Made by a program: the position numbers and the translations under genes. Shown here piece by piece: positions 39,399-49,668 of a DNA stretch of 64,000 nt (its first letter is position 1; the number at the start of each line of letters is the position of its first letter). This stretch comes from Dehalococcoidia bacterium (GTDB lineage Bacteria > Chloroflexota > Dehalococcoidia > Bin125), in assembly GCA_963662615.2 (NCBI GenBank), contig CAXXSR010000001.1, forward strand, positions 1,696,001-1,760,000. The letters run 5' to 3'. The notes under the pieces were generated by a model. The model did not search any database, was not told the DNA's origin, and was given only the letters and a program-made list of their open reading frames with translations.

Positions 39399-40862
39399 AC
39401 GAAGCTTCACTTCGGAAAACTGAGGGGGTGGCCTGCTACATTCTTCGTCATCCTCGTTGTCTTAGCGCTCGCGCTGGCCGCGGCCTGCGGCGATGACGAT
39501 GACGACGCGGCCCAACCTGCCGCCGCCGCCGCGCCGGAGCCCGCGCCGGCCGCCCAGGTGGAGCCCGCACCGGCTGCCGAGCCGGAGCCCGCGCCGGCCG
39601 TCCAGAAGACGGCCACGCTTCGGATCGGCGCGGTCTTCCCGATCACCGGCGGTGGCATGGCTATCTACGGGACCTCCGAGATGAACGGGGTCCGCTTGGC
39701 CGTTGAGATGATCAACGCTGGGAACCCCCGCTGCGTGGCGTCGGGGCACTGCGAGTCCGGCGGCGGATTCATTGTTGGCGACACCCTCTATAACATTGAT
39801 CTGATCGAGCGCGACAGCCGTTCCGACCACAACGTGGGCGTCACCGCCACGACCGAGCTGGTTCGGGACGAGGCGCTGAAGGTCATCTTCGGGCCGCTGC
39901 CGCACGGCACGGGGCTGGCGGCGCAGGAGATCACCCAGCCGGCGAAGGTGCTGCACCTGATGGCGCTGAGCATCCTGAACTCGCCGGACGGCGTCCTGAC
40001 GCCGGAGTCGGCGGGCCCCGGCGGCGACAAGCACTGGCTCTTCCAGACGGAGCCGGCCGAGGTTGTCCGTAGCACCATCACGGCCGCGGGCATCCTGGAG
40101 CTGCTGGGCGCGCAGCCCGGCGACCTCTCCATGGTCCTGGCGACCGACGACCCGTCCGGGAAGTTTCTGGGCCTGTTCTACAACGATGTTCTCGAGGCGC
40201 TGGGGCAGGAGACCAGGGAAGTGGTCTTCTACCCGCCCGGGACGACCGACTTCTCGCCGTTCCTGACGCGGATCAAGGCTGAAGAGCCCGACTACATGCA
40301 CAACTGGTACATCGTGGTGGACTCGGTCCTGATCAGCGCGCAGTCGCTCGAGCTGGAGGTGGCGCAGAAGGGCTACATGGTCTTCGGCGCCGACCCCGGC
40401 TGGTGGGCCGAGAACGCCACAACCGACAACGATGTCCCGGTCACGATTGCCTGCATCAACGTCTGCCGGGGCGACCCGGGCGGCTTCGACCCGGAGGTGG
40501 CGGCGGGGCACTACGACCGCGTGAACCAGTTCGAGTGCCCGCCGGCGGGTATCTGTGACCCGGCCCCCATTGCCGACATCACGCTGTGGACGCACGATTA
40601 CGTCTTCATGCTGACGGAGGCAATGCAGACCGCAGGGACGGTGGACGACACCACCGCGATCGCCGACGCGCTCGAAAAGGTGGAGTACGACGGCGTGCTG
40701 GGACCGCTCACCTTCGACGCAACTCACGGCGTCGCACACGGCTACGACTCTTGCCTGATTCTGAGTGGCGAGATCACCTGCAAGCACTTCAGCAACGCCG
40801 AGTACGGCCCGGAGGCGACGGGGGTCAACTTCGACTCGACGGGAGCGGTGATCTTGGACTAA
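39399..40862 (+). CDS. Liv-type ABC substrate-binding lipoprotein, paralog 2 (start codon uncertain)
   Basis: Near-colinear with 14537..16000. The ORF track starts at ATG 39324, but the RBS and alignment point to ACG 39399. Confidence 0.88.
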   Translation, partial: TKLHFGKLRGWPATFFVILVVLALALAAACGDDDDDAAQPAAAAAPEPAPAAQVEPAPAAEPEPAPAVQKTATLRIGAVFPITGGGMAIYGTSEMNGVRLAVEMINAGNPRCVASGHCESGGGFIVGDTLYNIDLIERDSRSDHNVGVTATTELVRDEALKVIFGPLPHGTGLAAQEITQPAKVLHLMALSILNSPDGVLTPESAGPGGDKHWLFQTEPAEVVRSTITAAGILELLGAQPGDLSMVLATDDPSGKFLGLFYNDVLEALGQETREVVFYPPGTTDFSPFLTRIKAEEPDYMHNWYIVVDSVLISAQSLELEVAQKGYMVFGADPGWWAENATTDNDVPVTIACINVCRGDPGGFDPEVAAGHYDRVNQFECPPAGICDPAPIADITLWTHDYVFMLTEAMQTAGTVDDTTAIADALEKVEYDGVLGPLTFDATHGVAHGYDSCLILSGEITCKHFSNAEYGPEATGVNFDSTGAVILD

Positions 40863-40914
40863 CTCCCCGTGGGCTGCCGGCGGCTCCCGCCGGACCGCTC
40901 ACCGCAATCCGCTT

Positions 40915-40957
40915 CGGTCGCCCAGCGCCCGTCAGCCCGACGGGCGCTGGGCGACCG
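40915..40957. terminator. Hairpin downstream of SBP paralog 2, same stem as 16053-16091
   Basis: GTCGCCCAGCGCCCGTC-AGCCC-GACGGGCGCTGGGCGAC. Confidence 0.6.
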
Positions 40958-41082
40958 GCGGGATCTGGCGCTGCTCCAGCCGCGTGCCGGGACGGGCGCG
41001 GCGAGCAGCTCACAGCCAACGTCTCCCCCTTGAAGAACGCCGCAGGGCACAGTAGAGTCCCCCGGTAACCCGTGACAGGCAT

Positions 41083-41126
41083 CCTCCTCGGGCATGAGGA
41101 GCGGTCGCTGCTCATGCCCGAGGAGG
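41083..41126 (+). promoter_or_regulatory. 16-bp stem covering the translation initiation region of livH copy 2
   Basis: CCTCCTCGGGCATGAG / CTCATGCCCGAGGAGG; the 3' arm contains GAGGAGG. Confidence 0.55.
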
Positions 41127-41140
41127 GACAGCGAGCGCAC

Positions 41141-42070
41141 GTGGAAATCTTCTTCCAGCAGGTCGTGAACGGACTCCAGATCGCCAGTGTGATCGCCCTG
41201 ATCGCCATGGGCATCACGATGATCTTTGGTCTCACCGGCCTGGTCATGTTCGCGCACGGCGAGCTCCTAATGCTCGGCGGCTACGTGACGTGGCGGACCG
41301 TAGAGCTGAACGTGTTCGGAGGAGACGCAGCGAACTTCTTCTTCGGTGTCGCGCTCGCTGTCGTGGTCGTGGGAGTGCTGGGGTACTTGATGGAGCGCGG
41401 CCTCTTCCGCTTCACCTTCGCTTCACCCATCAACGGCTTCATCATCTCGTTGGGACTGATCGTCTTCTTGCAGCATGCCATTCAGATCATGCCGCTCCCG
41501 GGGCTTGGGCTCGGGCTCGGGGGCGACCAGAACTGGGGGGCAACCACGATCGCCGTGCCGAAGCCGATCGCCGCCGTGTGGACCGTCTCGGAAGTCCGCA
41601 TTCCCGCCACCCGCGTCCTGATCGTGATCGCAACCATTGTCGTCGTCGCCTTCGCGGTCGCGGCGATCTACCGCACCGGCCTGGGCCGGGCGCTGCGGGC
41701 CAGCGCCTCTGATCGGGACACGGCCGGCTTGATGGGCATCCCCGTGCGGCGCTACATCACGGCCGTCTTCGTGATCGGCAGCGGGGTCGCAGGCCTGGGC
41801 GGTGCGCTCTTGATCGGTCAGTTCGCCATCGACCCCTTCATTGGCGGGCGCTTCGTGATCAAGGGCTTCGCCGTCGCCTTGGTGGGCGGGCTGGGCAACC
41901 CCGTTGGGGCGGTGCTGGCGGCGATCATTCTGGGCTTGGGTGAAGCCATGGGGGCCGGCTACTTCAAAACGGAATGGACGGAGTCCTACGCGTTCATCCT
42001 GATGATTGTTGTCTTGCTGATCCGGCCGCAGGGCTTGTTGACCGGCCTGCAGGGACCGCCAACTCGGTGA
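41141..42070 (+). CDS. livH: Liv-type ABC permease LivH, copy 2
   Basis: GITMIFGLTGLVMFAHGE, ALRASASDRDTAGLMGI, LLIRPQGL. Confidence 0.9.
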   Translation: MEIFFQQVVNGLQIASVIALIAMGITMIFGLTGLVMFAHGELLMLGGYVTWRTVELNVFGGDAANFFFGVALAVVVVGVLGYLMERGLFRFTFASPINGFIISLGLIVFLQHAIQIMPLPGLGLGLGGDQNWGATTIAVPKPIAAVWTVSEVRIPATRVLIVIATIVVVAFAVAAIYRTGLGRALRASASDRDTAGLMGIPVRRYITAVFVIGSGVAGLGGALLIGQFAIDPFIGGRFVIKGFAVALVGGLGNPVGAVLAAIILGLGEAMGAGYFKTEWTESYAFILMIVVLLIRPQGLLTGLQGPPTR

Positions 42071-42104
42071 AAGCGGTGGGGGCGTTGTTGGAACGAGACG
42101 AGTC

Positions 42105-43217
42105 ATGAACGCGCTGCGGACCCAGGAACGGGGCCAGAGGGCGTGGGAAGCGTTCGTGGCCTCGCCGGAGCGGTGGCTCCTCCTGATCGCGGTGCCGGTG
42201 ATCATCCTCGTGCTGCCGAATTTCTTGACCAGCCGGCATCTCTTCCTGGGAACGATCACCGGCACGACCGCCATTGTGCTCTACGGCCTCGCCGCGCTCT
42301 ACGGGCAGACCGGAATCCTCTCCATTGCGCACGGAGGGCTGTGGGGCGTCGGCGCTTACACGGCGGCGATCCTCCACGCCGAGTTCTCCCTCACATACTG
42401 GGAGGTGCTTCCGATTGCGGCGGTGACCGCGGCGATCGCCGCGGCGGTGTTGGCGTATCCGGCCCTCCGCATCCGCGGGCACTTTTACTTGATCACCACC
42501 TTCGCCTTTGCCGAGCTGATACGCATCATTCTGCAGAACGGGGGAGCCTTCGGCAGCGGGGAGACCCTGGGGCTCTTGGTCCTCGGGGGGATTGAAGGCG
42601 GCTTCTTCGGCATCGGCCTGCAGTCAACGAAGTCGATGTTCTACGTGATGGTCGCCCTCCTCTTCTTGGCCATGGCGGGGACGTACTTGATCAGCATTTC
42701 GCCGCTGGGGCGGACCTTCCGGGGCATCCGGGAGAACGAGGACCTGGCGGAATCGGTGGGGATCAATATTGCGCGGTACAAGATCGGGGCGTTCACCCTG
42801 AGCGGCATCTTCGCCGGGGTCGCGGGCGTCCACTACGCATTCTTGCTGCAGCACATTGAGCCGCTGCTCTTCGGCGCCTTCGCCGGCATTCAGATGGCGC
42901 TGATGCTCCTGCTGGGCGGCGCGCTGCCGCTGCTGGGGCCGATCGTCGGGGCGCTCACGGTGAATTTCATCCCCGAGCTGCCCATCGAGGGCTTCGGCGT
43001 CATTGAAGCGCGGATCATCTACGGCGTCGCCCTGATCTTGCTGATCTTGCTGCTGCCGCTGGGACTGGTCCGGGGAGTTTCCTCCCTCTACCTGCTCATC
43101 AAGGAGGCGGCCCTCTCCGGCCTCGCAGGGCGCCGGCCCGTGGAGGTGGTGGCAACACCCGAGGGCTCCGAGCCCAAGGACAACATCGACAGGTGGAAGG
43201 GTCCACCATCCTCTTGA
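42105..43217 (+). CDS. livM: Liv-type ABC permease LivM, copy 1
   Basis: GQTGILSIAHG..GAYT, LRIRGHFY, GIRENEDLAESVGI, LPLGL. Confidence 0.9.
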   Translation: MNALRTQERGQRAWEAFVASPERWLLLIAVPVIILVLPNFLTSRHLFLGTITGTTAIVLYGLAALYGQTGILSIAHGGLWGVGAYTAAILHAEFSLTYWEVLPIAAVTAAIAAAVLAYPALRIRGHFYLITTFAFAELIRIILQNGGAFGSGETLGLLVLGGIEGGFFGIGLQSTKSMFYVMVALLFLAMAGTYLISISPLGRTFRGIRENEDLAESVGINIARYKIGAFTLSGIFAGVAGVHYAFLLQHIEPLLFGAFAGIQMALMLLLGGALPLLGPIVGALTVNFIPELPIEGFGVIEARIIYGVALILLILLLPLGLVRGVSSLYLLIKEAALSGLAGRRPVEVVATPEGSEPKDNIDRWKGPPSS

Positions 43218-43584
43218 GCGTGCAGCCGGCGGCATCTCGGTCCATCTAGGGGAGCCCGTGGGCGCAGGGATAGCACGCGCGCTTCTCGTCGCGCGTGGGA
43301 GCAGGGGGTGAGACGCTTGCGGACAGAGCCGACTTCTGATAGCTAAAAGGCTCAATGGCGGTATTGGGCCGGTCAGGGGCGCAATGGACATGCCGAGCGA
43401 GGGCCGGTAGCGCGTTCCCACGGGGTTGAACGAGAAGCCGAAGGAAGCGACTCGCCCGGAAAGGGCAGGGACGGACGGCTCAGTCGAGATCCCAGAGAGG
43501 GGGCACGGGTACTAAACCACAGAGCGAGTTGATCCCTCCCGAGCGTAGCGACAGCGCAGACAGATTTAGGAGTAACGAAGCGAG

Positions 43585-44964
43585 ATGACAACGCATCAAT
43601 CCAGACGGAGGCGACGGTTGTGGGCATCGGCCTTCATGGTGCTCGTGGTCCTGGCGCTGGCCTTGGCGGCAGCCTGCGGCGACGACGACGATGACGGCGC
43701 GCAGCCCGCAGCGGCGGCGGCGCCGGGCGCCGAGCCGGCGCCAGCAGCGCCTGCCGGGCAGAAGACGGGAATCGTCAAGATCGGCGTGATCGCCCCGAAC
43801 GCCGGCATCTATGAGGCGTTCGGGCACACCTACCACACGGCCTCATCCCTGGTTGAAGATGAGGTCAACAACGGCCGCGACTACTGCGTCAACGTGGTCA
43901 AGCTGTGCGAGCCCGGCGGCGGCATCCTGGTGGGCGACACGCTCTACAAGCTGGAGTTCCACAAGCGGGATGACCGCTCTGACATCAACGCCGCCGTGGC
44001 CGCCGCGCAGGAGCTGGTGCGGGACGTGGGCGTCAAGTTCTGTTTCTGCGGCACCCCTCACGACTTCGCCATTGCCATCTCCAAGATCGTCAACCCCGCG
44101 AAGGTGATCATGTTCTCCGGCTCCAGCACGCTGGAAGAGCAGCTCTCTTTGGAGCGCACCAAGCTGGGCGGCCCGGAGCACTACACCTTCCAGTCCGAGA
44201 CGCGGGAGTGGCAGCGCAGCGGCAGCGTGGCCAAGGGCGCCATTGAGCTGATTGACCCGAACTCCAAGATCTCCGTAATCCTGATTCAGAACGACGCCAC
44301 CGGGCAGTTCCTGTCCGATTTCTACAAGCGGGCGCTGGAGTCCGAGGGCCAGACCGTACCCGAGGTGATCTTCTGGCCGCCGGAGACCACGGACTTCAAC
44401 CCCTTCTTGGTGCGAGCGAAGGCGCACAACCCGGACATCATTCACTTCTGGTACAACCCGGACAAAGAGATGATCGCGCTGGCGCAAGGGATCGAGCTGA
44501 ACGCGGCCAAGTCCGGCTATTTCATGTTCGCCATCGACCCCGGCCAGTGCCTAAGGGAGTGCCCACGAACGGACCTTCCGGTCGCCGCCTCCTGCCCGCC
44601 CATCTGCTGGGGCGCGACCGTCCGCCAAGAAGCGAAAGACTACTGGGTGCGGTATCAGGCGTTCATTGGCGGGGAGCTGCGGCCCTTCTCGGCCGTCTCC
44701 CTGCTGACCTACGACCACTACTACATGCTCTTCCGCGCCTGGAAGGAAGCGGGCACGGTGACGGACACTGACGCCATCGTGGATCGGCTCGTCAACAATC
44801 CGTTCCACGGCGTCGTTGACGACAATTTCACGTACGACGACAATCACATCGTCACCCACGCCACCGAGGTGTGCGTGACCGAGGGGCCCGCCGATAACCG
44901 CACGGCCCGGTGCACCTTCACGTTGCCCACGGTAGCGCCGCCGGGCACGCCGTCGTTCGAGTAG
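43585..44964 (+). CDS. Liv-type ABC substrate-binding lipoprotein, paralog 3
   Basis: AGGAG RBS, LAAACGDDDDD, VKIGVIAP, TTDFNPFLVRAKA. Confidence 0.9.
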   Translation: MTTHQSRRRRRLWASAFMVLVVLALALAAACGDDDDDGAQPAAAAAPGAEPAPAAPAGQKTGIVKIGVIAPNAGIYEAFGHTYHTASSLVEDEVNNGRDYCVNVVKLCEPGGGILVGDTLYKLEFHKRDDRSDINAAVAAAQELVRDVGVKFCFCGTPHDFAIAISKIVNPAKVIMFSGSSTLEEQLSLERTKLGGPEHYTFQSETREWQRSGSVAKGAIELIDPNSKISVILIQNDATGQFLSDFYKRALESEGQTVPEVIFWPPETTDFNPFLVRAKAHNPDIIHFWYNPDKEMIALAQGIELNAAKSGYFMFAIDPGQCLRECPRTDLPVAASCPPICWGATVRQEAKDYWVRYQAFIGGELRPFSAVSLLTYDHYYMLFRAWKEAGTVTDTDAIVDRLVNNPFHGVVDDNFTYDDNHIVTHATEVCVTEGPADNRTARCTFTLPTVAPPGTPSFE

Positions 44965-45056
44965 ACCGGGAGCTCAGGAGGAAAAGCGCAACTGAGACTG
45001 CGCGGGACCGGAGGACCGTTGGGGCCTCCGGCTCCCCGCATCCATTCCGAGAGGAA

Positions 45057-45091
45057 GGCCTCCGGTCCCGGCCAAGCCGGGGCCGGAGGCC
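45057..45091. terminator. GC-rich hairpin after SBP paralog 3
   Basis: GGCCTCCGGTCCCGGC-CAA-GCCGGGGCCGGAGGCC. Confidence 0.5.
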
Positions 45092-45215
45092 GAAGGTTTG
45101 TGGGCGAGCGGCGGTGAGGCCCGTGCGAGTCGCGGGCTCGCGGCGCCCGGCAGCGTGAGGCGGCCGGCCCTGCGGAGACGGTGGCGAGCCAGCCGGCAAG
45201 GCGTGAAGGGGTCTA

Positions 45216-46346
45216 ATGGCGATGGACCAGCGTAGCCGGGCGGGCCTGAAGTCGCGTCTGCCGGACTTCCTCGCGACGGCCTCGCCGGAACGGCTCCTCC
45301 TCCTTGTGGCGGTGCCGCTCCTCCTCATCTTCAGCCCTGACATTCTGGCCAGCTCCCGCCTCCTGGACGTGTCCATCACGTACACGATCTTTGCCATCGC
45401 GCTGACCGGCTTGGCGCTGCTCTACAGCCAGATCGGCTTCCTCTCCATCGCCCACGCGGCGCTCTTCGGCGCCGGCGCCTACACGGCGGCGGTTTTTGTC
45501 AATGAATTGGACGTTGGCTTTTGGGCCGTCTTCCCCATTTGCGCGATCTTCGTCTCCCTGGGGGCCCTCGTGCTGGGATTCCCCTCCATCCGCATCAGCG
45601 GCCACCACTTCGTCATAACAACGTTCGCTTTCAGCGAGCTGTTTGTGCTCGCGATGACGAACATTGGAGGCGACAACGCCCGCCTCGGCATCCTTGGCGG
45701 GGCGCAAGGGCTTGACATCGAGCAGCCGATCGGCTCCGTCCTCGGGCAAAGCTTCAATATCAACATCTCCCTGGAGCCGTTCTTCTACCTGTGCCTGGGC
45801 TTTCTGGGCGTGATGATGGTCCTGGGGTACGCAATCATCAATTCGCGCCTGGGCCGGACGTTCAGGGCCATCCGGGAGAACGAGCCGCTGGCCAAGTCGG
45901 TCGGAATCCAGGCGAACCAGTACAAGATCGTGGCTTTCATGATCAGCGGGGTGTTCGCGGGCGTCGCGGGAGCGCTGTACGCCTACAAGCTGCGTCATAT
46001 CGCCCCTCCCCTGTTCGGCGCGTTCCCAGGCGTCCAGTTCGCCATGATGATGCTGCTGGGCGGGGGGGGCAGCTTCCTTGGTCCCCTGGTGGGGGCGATC
46101 GTGGTGGGCTTCCTCCCCGAAGCGCTGGACCTTGCCGGTCTCCCGGTCGCTCCGTTCGAGCGCCAGATCATCTTCGGTCTTCTGCTGGTCGGGGTGATCG
46201 TGCTGCTGCCTCAGGGGCTCGTCAACGGCATTTCCAGCCTGTACATCTTCGTCAAATCATGGATCCTGGAGGCGGCGCGACCACGGCCGCCGGCTGAGGT
46301 CGCCGCGGCCGCCGGGCGCGACGGCGACGACGGCACCGATTCGTAA
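45216..46346 (+). CDS. livM: Liv-type ABC permease LivM, copy 2
   Basis: GFLSIAHAALFGAGAYT, AIRENEPLAKSVGI, LLGGGGSFLGP, LPQGL. Confidence 0.9.
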   Translation: MAMDQRSRAGLKSRLPDFLATASPERLLLLVAVPLLLIFSPDILASSRLLDVSITYTIFAIALTGLALLYSQIGFLSIAHAALFGAGAYTAAVFVNELDVGFWAVFPICAIFVSLGALVLGFPSIRISGHHFVITTFAFSELFVLAMTNIGGDNARLGILGGAQGLDIEQPIGSVLGQSFNINISLEPFFYLCLGFLGVMMVLGYAIINSRLGRTFRAIRENEPLAKSVGIQANQYKIVAFMISGVFAGVAGALYAYKLRHIAPPLFGAFPGVQFAMMMLLGGGGSFLGPLVGAIVVGFLPEALDLAGLPVAPFERQIIFGLLLVGVIVLLPQGLVNGISSLYIFVKSWILEAARPRPPAEVAAAAGRDGDDGTDS

Positions 46347-46484
46347 ACCGCCCGCCGGCGGACCTCCCGATTCCCGCGGCGCGCGCCTGATATTCTGTCT
46401 CCTGTTCAGGGGGAAGCCGCAGTGCCGCCGCCGTTGGGGCGGCAGCTTGCACGCTCCTGACGGTGACGGAATGGGGGGCATGCG

Positions 46485-47951
<1,467 letters not shown>

Positions 47952-48082
47952 ACGCGCCGGCCCGGATCCCCAACGGCTCCCGTGCGGGCGCACCGAGGCG
48001 GGTCGGTGGGGCGACGGCGGTCACGACCGTCCTGCTCTCCCTAGGCGTTCCTCGGGCACTGTTAGCAAACCGCGCCGGGGCC

Positions 48083-48120
48083 TATTATGGGCGAGAAAAC
48101 CGACCCGTGGGTCGGTTTTC
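48083..48120 (+). promoter_or_regulatory. -10 element (TATTAT) followed by a 12-bp-arm palindrome; candidate operator of the men operon
   Basis: TATTAT at 48083-48088; GAAAACCGACCC-GT-GGGTCGGTTTTC at 48095-48120. Confidence 0.5.
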
Positions 48121-48198
48121 AACGCAGCGGCGGCGGCGCACGCGGGCGCGGCGCATGCCGCGGCGGGCGTTCAGGAAGCGGGTTCGGAAGGCGATCGC

Positions 48199-49668
48199 AT
48201 GGCGGTTCGTCTCGCGCGTTCTCAAGGCGGGATCGCCACGCTCTCGCGGCGGCTCGCGGACGCGCTCCGCGCGGCCTCGGAAGAGCCCAGCGCGCGCGCG
48301 CGCGTGATCAGCGTCGCGGTGCCATGGCCCGCCCACGCCGGTGCCGCGCCCGACCCGCTCGCCCTCTTCGCCGCCGCGGCGGGTCAGGACGCCTTCTACT
48401 GGGAGCAGCCCCGCAAGGGCGTTGCCTTCGCCGCGATCGGCTCGGAGATCACGCTCGACGCCGACGCGCCTCCAGACACCGAAGCCGGCGTCGATCGCAT
48501 CACCGCGGTCGTGTCCCGCTGGCGGGCGTTGGCGTCGAGCGCCGTCACGCGATGCGACGGCACACAGGCCCCCCCGCTGCTGGGCGTGGGAGGCTTCGCC
48601 TTCGACGCGGGTCGCCCGCCCGACGCCGCCTGGGCAGGGATGCCGCGCGGCCTGGTGGTCGTGCCGAGACTGGCCCTGGGCCGCCGTCGTCGGGACCACT
48701 GGATTCAGCTGCAGCTCAAGGTTGACCAAGCGGGGGCTGTCGCCGTTGACTCGGCGCTTGAGCAGCTGGCGTCGCTGCTGTCGGCGGCGCGCTCCAACGA
48801 AATCCTTGAGGCCGGCGCAGCGGACCGGCTGCGGCCCGGGGCACTGGAACTGCTGGACGATCCCCCCGCCGCGTGGTGGCACGAAACGGTCGCGGAGATC
48901 ACGGCGGAGATCGTGGCGCGCAGGCTGCAGAAGCTCGTGCTGGCGCGGCGTCTGCGGCTCACCGGCGAGGATCGGATCGACCCGGTAGCGACTCTGGAGC
49001 GCCTGCGGTCGCGCTATCGCCAGACGACCGTTTTCGCCTATCGGCGGGGCGACCGCTGCTTTCTCGGCGCTACACCGGAGACCTTGGTGTCGCTGGACAA
49101 CGGCGCCATTCGGGCCAGCGCGATCGCCGGTACGTCCACCCGCAACCTCAACGGACGGTCAGGGCCACTCGGCGGCACGCTTCCGCTCCCGTCCGATCCG
49201 AAAGAGCGCCGCGAGCACGGATACGTTGTGGAGGCGTTTCGTGAAGCGCTGGCGCCGGTGTGCCGTCGTCTCCACGTGCCCCAGGCGCCGGAACTGCTGC
49301 AGCTGCCGGATCTGCAACACCTCCACACGCCCATCCGCGGAGAGCTTGCCGCGCCAGGCTCCGTGCTCGATTTGGTCGCCAGGCTGCACCCCACGCCGGC
49401 GGTGGGCGGCGTCCCGCGCGACCGGGTCACGCAGCTCTTGCGACGCTACGAACCGTTCGATCGCGGCTGGTACGCAGGTCCGCTGGGCTGGCTCGATGGG
49501 GATGGCAATGGGGAGTTCATCGTCGCGCTGCGGGCGGCCTTGCTGCAACGGGAGAGCGCCACTCTCTATGGCGGCTGCGGTCTGGTGGAAGGGTCGGACA
49601 GCGCCCGCGAATGGGACGAGGCGCGGCTGAAGATGGAGTCCGTGCTATGGGCGCTGGGGGCGGCCTAG
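48199..49668 (+). CDS. menF: Isochorismate synthase
   Basis: KLVLAR, FLGATPETL, KERREH, LHPTPAVGG, RGWYAGPLG, GCGLV. Upstream of menD. Confidence 0.9.
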   Translation: MAVRLARSQGGIATLSRRLADALRAASEEPSARARVISVAVPWPAHAGAAPDPLALFAAAAGQDAFYWEQPRKGVAFAAIGSEITLDADAPPDTEAGVDRITAVVSRWRALASSAVTRCDGTQAPPLLGVGGFAFDAGRPPDAAWAGMPRGLVVVPRLALGRRRRDHWIQLQLKVDQAGAVAVDSALEQLASLLSAARSNEILEAGAADRLRPGALELLDDPPAAWWHETVAEITAEIVARRLQKLVLARRLRLTGEDRIDPVATLERLRSRYRQTTVFAYRRGDRCFLGATPETLVSLDNGAIRASAIAGTSTRNLNGRSGPLGGTLPLPSDPKERREHGYVVEAFREALAPVCRRLHVPQAPELLQLPDLQHLHTPIRGELAAPGSVLDLVARLHPTPAVGGVPRDRVTQLLRRYEPFDRGWYAGPLGWLDGDGNGEFIVALRAALLQRESATLYGGCGLVEGSDSAREWDEARLKMESVLWALGAA

